A DNA stretch of 64,000 bases from Saprospirales bacterium (GCA_031425155.1 JANPIV010000044.1:7413-71412); one strand, 5' to 3'. Shown: positions 10,359 through 19,540, numbered from the stretch's first letter. Notes: a model not told the origin generated them from the letters alone. A program made the numbers and translations.

Positions 10359-10500
10359 AATCTGGTGATTTTTAGGTCACAAAGTTGCCGGGAGCGGCCA
10401 GGAGCAGCGATGACGAGGGTCAGAGGGGCGGGTGATATTTGTACCGGCGGGTTCAGCCGCCGTATGTATAGCGGTAGCTGAACCCGCCGGTACAGTACGG

Positions 10501-10719
10501 TCAGGAACGCAGCGAATGCAGGTACAAGGCCTCTACTTTCTCCCGGGCCCAGGGCGTTTTGCGCAGGAATTTCAGGCTGGACTGGATGCTGGGCTCGTTC
10601 TTGAAGCAATTGATGTCAATATATTGCGCCAGCCCCTCCCAGCGGTACACTTCGACCAGATGTTCGAGGATGGCTTGCAGGGTTATGCCGTGGAGGGGAT
10701 TGTTGGGTTGTGGTTGCAT
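10501..10719 (-). CDS. VF530/DUF2132-family small protein
   Basis: 72 aa. [24 protein letters not shown] signature. Confidence 0.75.
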   Translation of the reverse strand: MQPQPNNPLHGITLQAILEHLVEVYRWEGLAQYIDINCFKNEPSIQSSLKFLRKTPWAREKVEALYLHSLRS

Positions 10720-10843
10720 GATGCGTATGCTTTATATTGGTAAAATAGCAGCTTTGGTGCGGAGTGGTGGCAGTACAAGGCGCAAAAATACTGTTTCGAC
10801 TCACCTGAATTTTTATAAAAATACGCCTTCACTTCTCCCCCCC

Positions 10844-10908
10844 TAACCAAAATCACCGCCCACCCTGACGCCCGTCATCCACCGACTTTTTTCGCCACCC
10901 CCATCTTG
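10844..10908 (+). promoter_or_regulatory. Candidate dual CRP/FNR-type box promoter of the cco operon
   Basis: Box1 TAACCAAAATCA at 10844, box2 TGACGCCCGTCA at 10866 (22-bp spacing), weak -7-like CCATCTTG at 10901. Confidence 0.4.
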
Positions 10909-10948
10909 CAGCCGATTTCAGATCAAAAGCTGAGGTCACAGCGGTGCA

Positions 10949-11131
10949 ATGAAAATCATGCTTTTACTCATCCTCATCAGTCTCCTGCTCGCGGCGGGCT
11001 TCCTGCTGGTTTACCTGTGGGCGGTACGCGACGGGCAATTTGATGACGACTATACGCCGGCAGTACGCATCCTGTTCGACGAAAATGACCATCTGACAAA
11101 CGACGAAACCATCACGCACTCACAACATTAA
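10949..11131 (+). CDS. ccoS: cbb3 oxidase maturation protein CcoS/FixS
   Basis: 60 aa. One TM followed by WAVRDGQFDD motif. Confidence 0.85.
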   Translation: MKIMLLLILISLLLAAGFLLVYLWAVRDGQFDDDYTPAVRILFDENDHLTNDETITHSQH

Positions 11132-11133
11132 TT

Positions 11134-13326
11134 ATGGAATTGCGCAGACACCACCAAGAAGATCCTACGGGAGGAACCCCTATGGGAAGTAGTCCCGGAA
11201 TGAAACCAGACAACGTACAACAATTTCAGTACGACAATAAAATCACCCGTGCCTTTGGGACGGCCTCCTTTGTATGGGGCCTGGTCGGGATGCTGGTCGG
11301 GGTAATCATCGCCCTGCAACTCGTCTATCCCTCGCTCAATCTCGGCCCCTGGCTCACTTTCGGGCGGTTGCGCCCGTTGCACACCAACGCCGTCATATTT
11401 GCCTTTGTGGGCAATGGCCTGTTCATGGGTATTTACTACTCCCTGCAACGCCTGCTCAAAGCGCGGATGTGGAACGACAAACTCTCCTGGATACATTTCT
11501 GGGGCTGGCAGATCGTCATCCTTTGCGCGGCTTACACGCTGCCAATGGGCCTGACCACTAGTTCCGAATATGCCGAGTTGATCTGGCCGGTGGATATTCT
11601 GATTACGCTGGTTTGGGTCGTGTTTGGTATTAATATGTTCGGTACCATCCTGACCCGCCGGGAAAGCCACCTGTATGTGGCGATCTGGTTTTATATTGCA
11701 ACCTGGGTCACGGTGGCCGTGCTGCACATCGTGCGGAGCCTGGAAATGCCGATCAGTTTTACCGAAAGTTATCCACTCTTTACGGGCGTACAGGATGCGT
11801 TGTTGCAGTGGTGGTATGGGCACAATGCGGTGGCCTTCTTCCTGACCACGCCTTATCTCGGCATGATGTATTATTTCCTGCCTAAAGCGGCCAACCGCCC
11901 AGTATATTCCTACAAACTCTCTATTGTCCACTTTTGGGCCCTGATCTTTATCTACATCTGGGCCGGACCGCACCACTTACTTTATACTTCCCTGCCCGAT
12001 TGGACCCAATCGCTGGGCACGGTGTTCTCGATCATGCTCATTGCACCTTCGTGGGGCGGTATGCTCAACGGCCTGCTCACGCTACGTGGTGCCTGGGATC
12101 GCGTGGCCAATGATCCGGTGCTCAAATTCATGGTCGTAGCCGTCATCGCCTACGGTATGGCGACTTTCGAGGGACCGATGCTGTCCATCAAATCCGTGAA
12201 TGCCATCAGCCACTTTACGGACTGGACCATCGCCCACGTACACGTCGGCGCGCTGGGCTGGAACGGCTTCCTGACCTTCGGGGTGCTCTACTGGCTGTGG
12301 CCACGGATGTATCGCACGGAGTTGTATTCCAAGCAGTTAGCCAACATCCACTTCTGGGTGGGTACGCTGGGCATCATCTTCTACGCCGTGCCGCTGTACT
12401 TCGCTGGCTGGACGCAGGCCCTAATGTGGAAAGAATTTACGCCGGAAGGCACCCTCGCCTGGGGCAATTTCCTGGATACGGTGAAGCAGATCATCCCAAT
12501 GTATGCCCTGCGGGTCGTCGGTGGTACACTGTTCTTTGCAGGCTCTATTATCGGGGTGTACAACCTGTACAAAACCGGCAAACAGGGCAAATTTATGGCC
12601 AATGAAAATGCCGAAGCACCGGCCCGCGAACGCCGCGTACCCGTGGTGAAAGGCGAACACTGGCACCGCTGGATAGAAGGTCGCCCCATGCAAATGCTGC
12701 TGTTGAGCACCGTGCTGATTGCCGTAGGTGGTATTGTGCAGATCATTCCGATGGTCTTCATCGAAAGCCAGGTACCGAAGATTTCGACCGTGAAACCTTA
12801 CACGCCGCTGGAACTCGCTGGTCGCGATATCTACATCCGCGAAGGCTGCGTCGGTTGTCACTCGCAGATGATCCGTCCTTTCCGCGACGAAACGGAACGC
12901 TACGGAGAATACTCTAAATCAGGCGAATACATCTACGACCGGCCCTTCCTGTGGGGCAGCAAACGGACTGGCCCCGATCTCTGGCGCGAAGGCGGCAAGT
13001 ACCCGGACAGTTGGCACTACAACCACATGATGGACCCTACCACCATGTCGCCCGGCTCGATCATGCCTGCTTATCCGCACATGCTGGAAGACCAGCTTGA
13101 CCTGCGCGATTTGCCTGCCAAGATCAATGCGCTGCGCAAACTCGGTACGCCATATCCCGCTGATTTTGAGAATATCGCTATCGCCAATGCCCGGGAACAA
13201 GCACAAGTGGTGGCGAAAAATCTGGCCGACCAAGGTGTGAAAGACTCGAACATCTCCGACAAGGAAATCGTGGCCATCATCGCTTACCTGCAACGGCTGG
13301 GAACAGACATAAAAGTTAAAAAATAG
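11134..13326 (+). CDS. ccoNO: cbb3-type cytochrome c oxidase, fused subunits I and II (CcoN-CcoO)
   Basis: 730 aa. Heme-copper oxidase TM core plus a C-terminal mono-heme domain (CVGCH). Start could also be 11179 or 11200. Confidence 0.93.
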   Translation: MELRRHHQEDPTGGTPMGSSPGMKPDNVQQFQYDNKITRAFGTASFVWGLVGMLVGVIIALQLVYPSLNLGPWLTFGRLRPLHTNAVIFAFVGNGLFMGIYYSLQRLLKARMWNDKLSWIHFWGWQIVILCAAYTLPMGLTTSSEYAELIWPVDILITLVWVVFGINMFGTILTRRESHLYVAIWFYIATWVTVAVLHIVRSLEMPISFTESYPLFTGVQDALLQWWYGHNAVAFFLTTPYLGMMYYFLPKAANRPVYSYKLSIVHFWALIFIYIWAGPHHLLYTSLPDWTQSLGTVFSIMLIAPSWGGMLNGLLTLRGAWDRVANDPVLKFMVVAVIAYGMATFEGPMLSIKSVNAISHFTDWTIAHVHVGALGWNGFLTFGVLYWLWPRMYRTELYSKQLANIHFWVGTLGIIFYAVPLYFAGWTQALMWKEFTPEGTLAWGNFLDTVKQIIPMYALRVVGGTLFFAGSIIGVYNLYKTGKQGKFMANENAEAPARERRVPVVKGEHWHRWIEGRPMQMLLLSTVLIAVGGIVQIIPMVFIESQVPKISTVKPYTPLELAGRDIYIREGCVGCHSQMIRPFRDETERYGEYSKSGEYIYDRPFLWGSKRTGPDLWREGGKYPDSWHYNHMMDPTTMSPGSIMPAYPHMLEDQLDLRDLPAKINALRKLGTPYPADFENIAIANAREQAQVVAKNLADQGVKDSNISDKEIVAIIAYLQRLGTDIKVKK

Positions 13327-13420
13327 TTATGAGTTATGAGTTATAAGTGATGAGTTGTAGAAACGTGAAACTCATCACTTATAACTCTCTACTTATAACT
13401 CATAACTCATAATTCATAAC
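13325..13420. repeat. Long imperfect hairpin built from AGTTATG heptamers, starting at the ccoNO stop codon
   Basis: Left arm 13325-13356 is the inverted complement of 13369-13386 plus 13401-13414 (the right arm carries an insertion). Confidence 0.6.
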
Positions 13421-13428
13421 TTAAAAAG

Positions 13429-13587
13429 ATGTACAAATACCTGCTTCAATCTGTGGACGGCATTCAGTGGTTCGGTACTGGCACACTACTGCTTTTTTTC
13501 ATTACTTTCTGCATTGCTTCTATTGGGGCTGTTATGGCCCGTAAAGAAGAAATGGATCGCATGGCGAATCTGCCACTGGAAGACTGA
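13429..13587 (+). CDS. ccoQ: CcoQ/FixQ-like small membrane subunit (52 aa, below the ORF-track cut-off)
   Basis: Hand translation gives MYKYLLQSVDGIQWFGTGTLLLFFITFCIASIGAVMARKEEMDRMANLPLED. One TM. Position between ccoNO and ccoP. Confidence 0.6.
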   Translation: MYKYLLQSVDGIQWFGTGTLLLFFITFCIASIGAVMARKEEMDRMANLPLED

Positions 13588-13595
13588 ATTTTAAG

Positions 13596-13678
13596 TGAGG
13601 ATTTGAATATTTGAGGATTTGATTAAAATACTTGATAATCACGTACTTGATCAAATACTCAAATCCTCGTATCCTCAA
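13596..13678 (-). repeat. Dispersed ~84-bp palindromic repeat, copy A (family TTGAGGATACGAGGATTTGAGTATT..)
   Basis: Reverse complement aligns with 53106-53189 and 59225-59308. Confidence 0.8.
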
Positions 13679-13713
13679 ATTTAGAGTACGATTTAATAAA
13701 CACTCTTTCAAAA

Positions 13714-14673
13714 ATGACATCGAAAAAATATCTGCCAACGCTCTTTCTGCTCCTCGGCAGCCTAAGTATGGGCTGGGGGCAAACCGTGCAAACCGCCGCC
13801 ACCACGGCTCCTGCTACCACCGGGTTCTTGCCGGAACTCATGACCAATGTATTTCTCGCTTCGGTGGCGGTACTATTTACGGTCAGTCTGATTGTGCTCT
13901 TCAAAACCAACGCTTTTCTGATGAAAAGGCTGATGCGTTTTGAAGCAGAAAAAAACGGCATCGCCTGGCCGGAAGAGGTGGCTACAGTGGCGGTTCCGCA
14001 GGGCGACAGTTTCTGGACAAAAATGCGCAAAAAATACTGGGAAAATGCCGTACCCGTAGAACGCGAGGGCGACATTACTTTCCACCACGACTACGATGGT
14101 ATTCGCGAACTGGATAATCACTTACCACCATGGTGGGTGAATATGTTCGTGATCTGCATTGTCTGGTCGGTAGGCTACATGTGGTACTACCACTGGGGAG
14201 GTAGCGGACAAAACCAGATAGAAGAGTATAAAATGGAAGTGGAAACCGCTCAAAAAGAGATTGCTGTGGTACTTGCCGGTAAATCCAATTCGGTGGACGA
14301 ATCCAACGTGGTGGCTTTGACCGACGGAAGCGCACTGGGCGAAGGCGAACTGATCTTTAAAGGCAATTGCGTGGCTTGTCACGGTCAGCAAGGCGAAGGT
14401 ACGGTCGGCCCCAACTTCACTGATGAATACTGGATTCACGGTGGCGGTATCAAGAACGTGTTCAAAATCATCAAGTATGGCGTACCGGATAAAGGGATGA
14501 TCTCCTGGCAAGCCCAGTTGAAACCCGCCGATATGCAAAAAGTCGCCAGCTATATCCTGACCTTAAAAGGTACCAATCCGCCTAACCCGAAGGCCCCGCA
14601 AGGAGTGATCTGGAAAGAAGACGGCGGCATGCAGGATTCTACCAAAGTCGGCACGGTCGAGTCGAAATTATAG
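13714..14673 (+). CDS. ccoP: cbb3-type cytochrome c oxidase subunit III
   Basis: 319 aa. TM segments, a CcoP N-terminal-like region and heme motif CVACH. Confidence 0.88.
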   Translation: MTSKKYLPTLFLLLGSLSMGWGQTVQTAATTAPATTGFLPELMTNVFLASVAVLFTVSLIVLFKTNAFLMKRLMRFEAEKNGIAWPEEVATVAVPQGDSFWTKMRKKYWENAVPVEREGDITFHHDYDGIRELDNHLPPWWVNMFVICIVWSVGYMWYYHWGGSGQNQIEEYKMEVETAQKEIAVVLAGKSNSVDESNVVALTDGSALGEGELIFKGNCVACHGQQGEGTVGPNFTDEYWIHGGGIKNVFKIIKYGVPDKGMISWQAQLKPADMQKVASYILTLKGTNPPNPKAPQGVIWKEDGGMQDSTKVGTVESKL

Positions 14674-14718
14674 CGCCGAATTTCCCCATCCCGCTAACCA
14701 CCGTAAATATAACTGGCT

Positions 14719-16314
14719 ATGAATCAGGATTATCTGAACAACGTCATTGAGGACAACGAAGAGTATCGTGACCATTTGGCCACGGTGGATGCACAGGGCA
14801 AGCGGATTTGGCTCTACCCCAAAAAGCCTTCGGGGCGGTATTATCGCTGGCGGACTTGGGTAAGTGTGGCTTTTCTGGCCATATTCCTCACGCTGCCGTT
14901 CATCAAAGTGGATGGCGAACAGTTCCTGCAATTCAATGTGCTGGAACGGAAATTCATGCTGTTCGGACTGTTGTTTACACCGCAGGATTTTCACCTGTTT
15001 GTGCTGGCGATGCTGACGTTTATTGTCTTCATTATTCTGTTCACCGTGGTGTTTGGGCGGTTGTTTTGTGGTTGGGTTTGTCCGCAGACGATATTTCTGG
15101 AAATGATTTTCCGAAAAATAGAATACTGGATCGAAGGCGATGCAGGCGAGCAGCGCAAACTGGATAAAGCACCGTGGACTACCGAGAAAATCCAGAAGAA
15201 AGTTATTAAACACACTGTTTTCTTCGCGATTGCCGTAGTAGTGTCCAATTACTTTCTGGCCTATATTATTGGCATGGATGCGGTGTTGAAAATCATTGAA
15301 GAACCCATGTCGGCGCACATGGGTGGCTTCATAGCGATGGTAGTTTTCAGCGGGGCTTTTTATGCGGTGTTTGCGCAATTGCGCGAGCAGGTTTGTACCA
15401 CGATCTGCCCTTATGGTCGTCTGCAAAGTGTATTATTAGTCAAAGATTCTATTGTGGTGGCCTACGATCATGTTCGGGGCGAGCCACGCGGAAAGTTGAA
15501 AAAAGAGAAGCCGGTGGAGGCACCGCGTCCGGTAGAATATTCTAATCCCATCCAGCAAATTCAGACCGCCGTGGGTGCCGCCGTGTCCGATATTAAGCGT
15601 CCCCCGGCTGCCGTAGTGGGCGATTGTATTGATTGCAAACTCTGCCTCCACGTTTGTCCGACGGGCATTGACATCCGCAACGGCACCCAACTAGAATGCA
15701 CTAATTGCACGGCTTGTATGGATGCCTGCGACGCGATCATGGATAAAGTCAACCGGCCCAAAGGCTTGATCCGTTATGATTCTATGACGGCTATTGAGTC
15801 GGGGGTACGCAAGATTTTTACGCCCCGCGTTTATGCTTACACGGGTGTGTTGCTGGCTTTACTAATCCTCGATGTATTTCTGATTGCCCGGCGTGGTATA
15901 ATAGAAACCATCATCCTGCGCTCACCGGGCCAACTGTATCAGCAAAAGGACGACACGCATCTGACGAACCTCTATACCTACGTCATTATCAATAAAACCT
16001 CCCAGAATCTGCCAGTACTATTAAAACCTGCCGATCCGAATGTCCATATTCAAGTGGTTGGCAAAGAACAACTTGTTCTGGCAAAAGGGGAAAAAGTAGA
16101 AGGTGCGTTTTTTGTACAAATGTCGCAGGATGAATTAACGGGTCGCAAAACGCCAATCGTTATTAATGTTATTTCCGATGGCAAAAAAATAGACGAGGTG
16201 GAGACCAATTTTATGGGTCCCAACGGGCCATTGCCTAAAATGGAAAAAGAACACGACGAAAAATCGGACAAGGAACATGACGAACATTCAGACAAAAAAG
16301 AACACGGCAACTAA
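14719..16314 (+). CDS. ccoG: Cytochrome c oxidase accessory protein CcoG/FixG (4Fe-4S)
   Basis: 531 aa. CGWVCPQ and CIDCKLCLHVCP..CTNCTACMDAC ferredoxin motifs. Confidence 0.9.
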   Translation: MNQDYLNNVIEDNEEYRDHLATVDAQGKRIWLYPKKPSGRYYRWRTWVSVAFLAIFLTLPFIKVDGEQFLQFNVLERKFMLFGLLFTPQDFHLFVLAMLTFIVFIILFTVVFGRLFCGWVCPQTIFLEMIFRKIEYWIEGDAGEQRKLDKAPWTTEKIQKKVIKHTVFFAIAVVVSNYFLAYIIGMDAVLKIIEEPMSAHMGGFIAMVVFSGAFYAVFAQLREQVCTTICPYGRLQSVLLVKDSIVVAYDHVRGEPRGKLKKEKPVEAPRPVEYSNPIQQIQTAVGAAVSDIKRPPAAVVGDCIDCKLCLHVCPTGIDIRNGTQLECTNCTACMDACDAIMDKVNRPKGLIRYDSMTAIESGVRKIFTPRVYAYTGVLLALLILDVFLIARRGIIETIILRSPGQLYQQKDDTHLTNLYTYVIINKTSQNLPVLLKPADPNVHIQVVGKEQLVLAKGEKVEGAFFVQMSQDELTGRKTPIVINVISDGKKIDEVETNFMGPNGPLPKMEKEHDEKSDKEHDEHSDKKEHGN

Positions 16315-16364
16315 GGGGTTTTAAATGACCTCTTATTCCTATCAATAAAAATCAATACAGCACT

Positions 16365-16805
16365 ATGAAATTCAACTGGGGCACCGGCATCGTTATTTTC
16401 TTTATATTGTTTGCCACGAGTATGACCTTAGCCGTTGTGGCCACTACCCGGCATCCGCCGCAACTGATGAAGAAGGACTATTACGCACTTGATCTGAGTT
16501 ATCAGGAGCGCATGGATAAAAAGCAGAATACTGCGAACCTGGCTACACCACCGGCAGCACGTTTTGATGCTACTGGCAGTACCATTCAGGTCTCTATGCC
16601 CGCTGGTATGACTGCCCAAAATGGTACGGTCAATTGTTACCGCTCCTCCACAGCCCACGATGACATTTCCACGCCTTTCGGAAATGTGACCGCGCTGAGC
16701 ATTCCAGCGGATAAATTTGCTCCGGGCCGCTGGCACGTCGAACTGGACTGGACGGCCACCGACGGAAAAAAATATTTCTGGGAAACAGCAGTGATTGTGC
16801 CTTAA
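16365..16805 (+). CDS. FixH-family protein
   Basis: 146 aa. N-terminal TM, FixH-like sequence, position after ccoG. Confidence 0.75.
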   Translation: MKFNWGTGIVIFFILFATSMTLAVVATTRHPPQLMKKDYYALDLSYQERMDKKQNTANLATPPAARFDATGSTIQVSMPAGMTAQNGTVNCYRSSTAHDDISTPFGNVTALSIPADKFAPGRWHVELDWTATDGKKYFWETAVIVP

Positions 16806-16806
16806 C

Positions 16807-17499
16807 ATGAACTACCTCACCCCCCTGTTGCTCGGCCTGGCTGGCAGCCTGCATTGCGTCGGGATGTGCGGTCCATTATTGCTTGCGCTTCCGTTGAATA
16901 CGGCGGAAAAGTGGCAGGTGGTGCGCCAGATGCTGGTGTATCACAGCGGACGCATCCTGACCTATGCCGCGCTGGGCATGTTGTTCGGCCTGCTCGGACA
17001 AGGGCTGGCAGTGGCGGGTTTGCAAAAAATATTGTCTATTGCGGCGGGCGTTTTCATGTTGGGCATGGCCCTCGCGGCCTGGCGATTCGAGCAATTAGTG
17101 ACCTCGCTGCCAGGCTTTGGTGCATTCACCCGACGGGTAAAATCGAACATGGGGAATCTGCTGCGGCATCATCCCACCGGCAGCACTTTTTCGCTCGGCC
17201 TGCTCAATGGCCTGCTGCCCTGCGGCATGGTGTATGCGGCTTTGGCGGGAGCCATTGCGACGATTGGTGGCGCGGCAGGCGGTGTTTTCATGGTCGTTTT
17301 TGGTTTGGGGACTTTGCCTTTGTTGCTGATGGTGAGCGTGTTAGGTCGCTCGTTCAGCACCTCCGTGCGCCGGAAGATTGGTTTTGCGAAGCCCATTCTG
17401 CTCCTGCTGGTGGGGCTTATTCTGTTGCAGCGCGGCTTGCATTTGGACTTGTCGCTCTTTGAATCAGCGGTACCGAAAGCGGGATTGGAATGTCATTGA
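16807..17499 (+). CDS. DsbD_2/TauE-like membrane protein (cytochrome biogenesis-type)
   Basis: Multi-TM protein with an HCVGMCGP motif. ATG at 16807 preferred over 16795. Confidence 0.75.
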   Translation: MNYLTPLLLGLAGSLHCVGMCGPLLLALPLNTAEKWQVVRQMLVYHSGRILTYAALGMLFGLLGQGLAVAGLQKILSIAAGVFMLGMALAAWRFEQLVTSLPGFGAFTRRVKSNMGNLLRHHPTGSTFSLGLLNGLLPCGMVYAALAGAIATIGGAAGGVFMVVFGLGTLPLLLMVSVLGRSFSTSVRRKIGFAKPILLLLVGLILLQRGLHLDLSLFESAVPKAGLECH

Positions 17500-17511
17500 A
17501 GGCCGGGCGTT

Positions 17512-17601
17512 TGTCATTCAGAGCCGAAGGCGTGGAATCTGAGGGTTTCTCTTTTTGTCTCAGCCTTCGGCCTCGGATTCCACGCTACGCTCTGAATGAC
17601 A
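17512..17601. repeat. Palindromic intergenic repeat, copy A (TCATTCAGAGCC..GGATTCCACGCTAC..CTGAATGA family)
   Basis: ~31-nt inverted arms. Second copy at 25913-26018. Confidence 0.8.
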
Positions 17602-18274
17602 CACGATTAGGGCGTTCTGACATCTTTTCTTTTCGCAATAAAATCCTGGCCAACACCACGATCCAGAGCAGAAAAACGCCAATATTGATGCGTTCCCACA
17701 CGCCTGCCCACGGGGTCGGTAAATTGGCCTCGACTTTCGGCGCATCCATGCCCGTTAAAATACCAAATACCAGCAGAATCAGGATGGTCATAATAGAATA
17801 AATGCGGAACCGGCGACCGAGTGCTGCTGCCCCAAATCCCATAGCCAGCACCATCACCACCACCGTCACTGCCGCCAAAGTAAGGTGCATAGTATCGCTC
17901 AGCGATGCCTCACTCGCTGCCAGAGCCGCCCGCTGGTGCATCGGGGCAAATGGCCAGAGAATACTGGTAATGCCGTAAGTAAAAAGCAAAATTCCCGCCA
18001 TACGCAGGTAGCGATTGCTACCCGCCGATTGCCAAACGCCCCAGCCGAAGGCGGTCACCAGCAGGGTGTATCCCACGGAGAGTATCACCCACAACATTCT
18101 GGTCGGCGTACCTATGGCGGATAGTTCGCTAACTGTTTGCGTGACCGAACTATAACCTGCGTAGAACATCGGTACAAAGATGTTCATGGCCACATAAAGC
18201 AGGGAAGAAAAAATACCACAGCGCAGGAATGTTTTGTTTGAAAATCTGGTTGGAACAGTAGTTAAAGTGGACAT
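17585..18274 (-). CDS. DUF998-family membrane protein
   Basis: 229 aa, about 6 TM, GYSSVTQTVSELSAIGTP motif. The C-terminus runs into the repeat. Confidence 0.7.
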   Translation of the reverse strand: MSTLTTVPTRFSNKTFLRCGIFSSLLYVAMNIFVPMFYAGYSSVTQTVSELSAIGTPTRMLWVILSVGYTLLVTAFGWGVWQSAGSNRYLRMAGILLFTYGITSILWPFAPMHQRAALAASEASLSDTMHLTLAAVTVVVMVLAMGFGAAALGRRFRIYSIMTILILLVFGILTGMDAPKVEANLPTPWAGVWERINIGVFLLWIVVLARILLRKEKMSERPNRVSFRA

Positions 18275-18386
18275 TTTATTTTAGTTTTAAAATTCTTATC
18301 AAAGAAAAGTAGTCTGGTATTTAGTAAAGATGATAATTATCAGTTAAAAGAATGATTTGTAATTAGTTTAGAAAGGTTTAGTTATT

Positions 18387-18696
18387 AACTAATGTTACGC
18401 AAAATATAGAGGCAAGCCGGTTTTATTCAGGCGGCATTGGTAGTCCGACTCAAAGTCGGACTACCACTTATGTCGCTCTTTGAATCGGCGGTGCCGAAAG
18501 CGGGGCTGGATTGTCATTGAATGATTTTTATATTGCTTTCGTCAAAACGTCATTGTCTTTGCAGTTTTGCAACAACAAAATCTTTGTCTAAGGTTTTATG
18601 TAAGGATTTTACTGCGTAAGGGGTTGAACCAAGGCTTGGCAGCCAATCGCTCGCTAAACGCGGCTATTCGGCTGTCAAGCCTTTTCAGCGTAACAT
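18387..18696. repeat. Degenerate member of the CTGATGTTACGCAC-TIR element family (M4)
   Basis: Left end AACTAATGTTACGCA at 18387-18401, partial right end GCGTAACAT at 18688-18696. Confidence 0.4.
18471..18521 (+). repeat. Displaced duplicate of the 3' end of the DsbD_2 gene
   Basis: 46/51 identical to 17450-17500. Encodes SLFESAVPKAGLDCH* versus SLFESAVPKAGLECH*. Confidence 0.85.
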
Positions 18697-18739
18697 TTTT
18701 CATTAAAATACCTTTGTGCCCAATTGCAACTACCTGTAC

Positions 18740-19540
18740 TTAATTTGATTCTATTTTGTTATATTTATATTCCTTTCTTTCAATAATACTTTTCCAGTTT
18801 TCCCGGTCGTGTAATACTTCTGCTACAAAGACATTATCTGGCATCGGTTGACCTTCATAACCTAGATTGTAGCCAATGCCAAATCCTGCGATATACAGGA
18901 TTTTAAGTCCCCATTGTACCCACTTTTTTTTATTGCCGGCGTTTATAGCAACTTCCTCAGCAAGAGAATAATATTTTGTAATTGTCATGCCACTTAAAGC
19001 ACCAGAAGGTAACAAATATTTTTCAAATTGTTCTTTTGATACATTCCAAAAACCATTTCCTCTCGGAGTATAATCTAAATTATTCCGTTCTACTATCTGA
19101 ATAGAGTCACCTCCTCCTCGATATATATAAATATTTTTTTCGAAAGCAACCCAAACGGCTGGATGGTCTGGAAATAGTGCCAATAGTGTCGAGAACGAAA
19201 GAGGTGTTACAGTATCCGGCTTTGTTGCATTAAGGTTCTTAGGATTCAAATTAGAGCCAATTGGTTTACTTGGCTTGGATGTATTTGAGTTAATTGTATC
19301 TAACTTAATTGGTTTTAAATCTTTGATAAAATCTCCCCAAGAGTATCTAAAATATGTAGATTTTTTTTCAAAATAATCTTCAACTAATCGTTTTTTAGAA
19401 AAATCAGGGCTTTGAATTCTTCCAATAACATATCCTATCAAAATACAGCTCAACCATATTAAAAAAACTGCGATTATTGGATGCATTCCATTGGTGGACT
19501 TTGCATTCGATGTTTGTATGTTTTGCTCTTCCATTTTCAA
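18740..19540 (-). CDS. Hypothetical membrane-anchored protein (AT-rich gene)
   Basis: 266 aa. N-terminal TM helix (IIAVFLIWLSCILIGYVIG). No recognised domain. Confidence 0.55.
   Translation of the reverse strand: MKMEEQNIQTSNAKSTNGMHPIIAVFLIWLSCILIGYVIGRIQSPDFSKKRLVEDYFEKKSTYFRYSWGDFIKDLKPIKLDTINSNTSKPSKPIGSNLNPKNLNATKPDTVTPLSFSTLLALFPDHPAVWVAFEKNIYIYRGGGDSIQIVERNNLDYTPRGNGFWNVSKEQFEKYLLPSGALSGMTITKYYSLAEEVAINAGNKKKWVQWGLKILYIAGFGIGYNLGYEGQPMPDNVFVAEVLHDRENWKSIIERKEYKYNKIESN

Noticed and set aside
10366-10379. Palindrome TGATTTTTAGGTCA next to the -7 box of the CBS gene at 9912-10358
   Set aside because: The half-site spacing is N8 rather than the N6 of the six paired-box promoters. It is a single site and lies downstream of the -7 element, so it was not counted as part of the proposed regulon.
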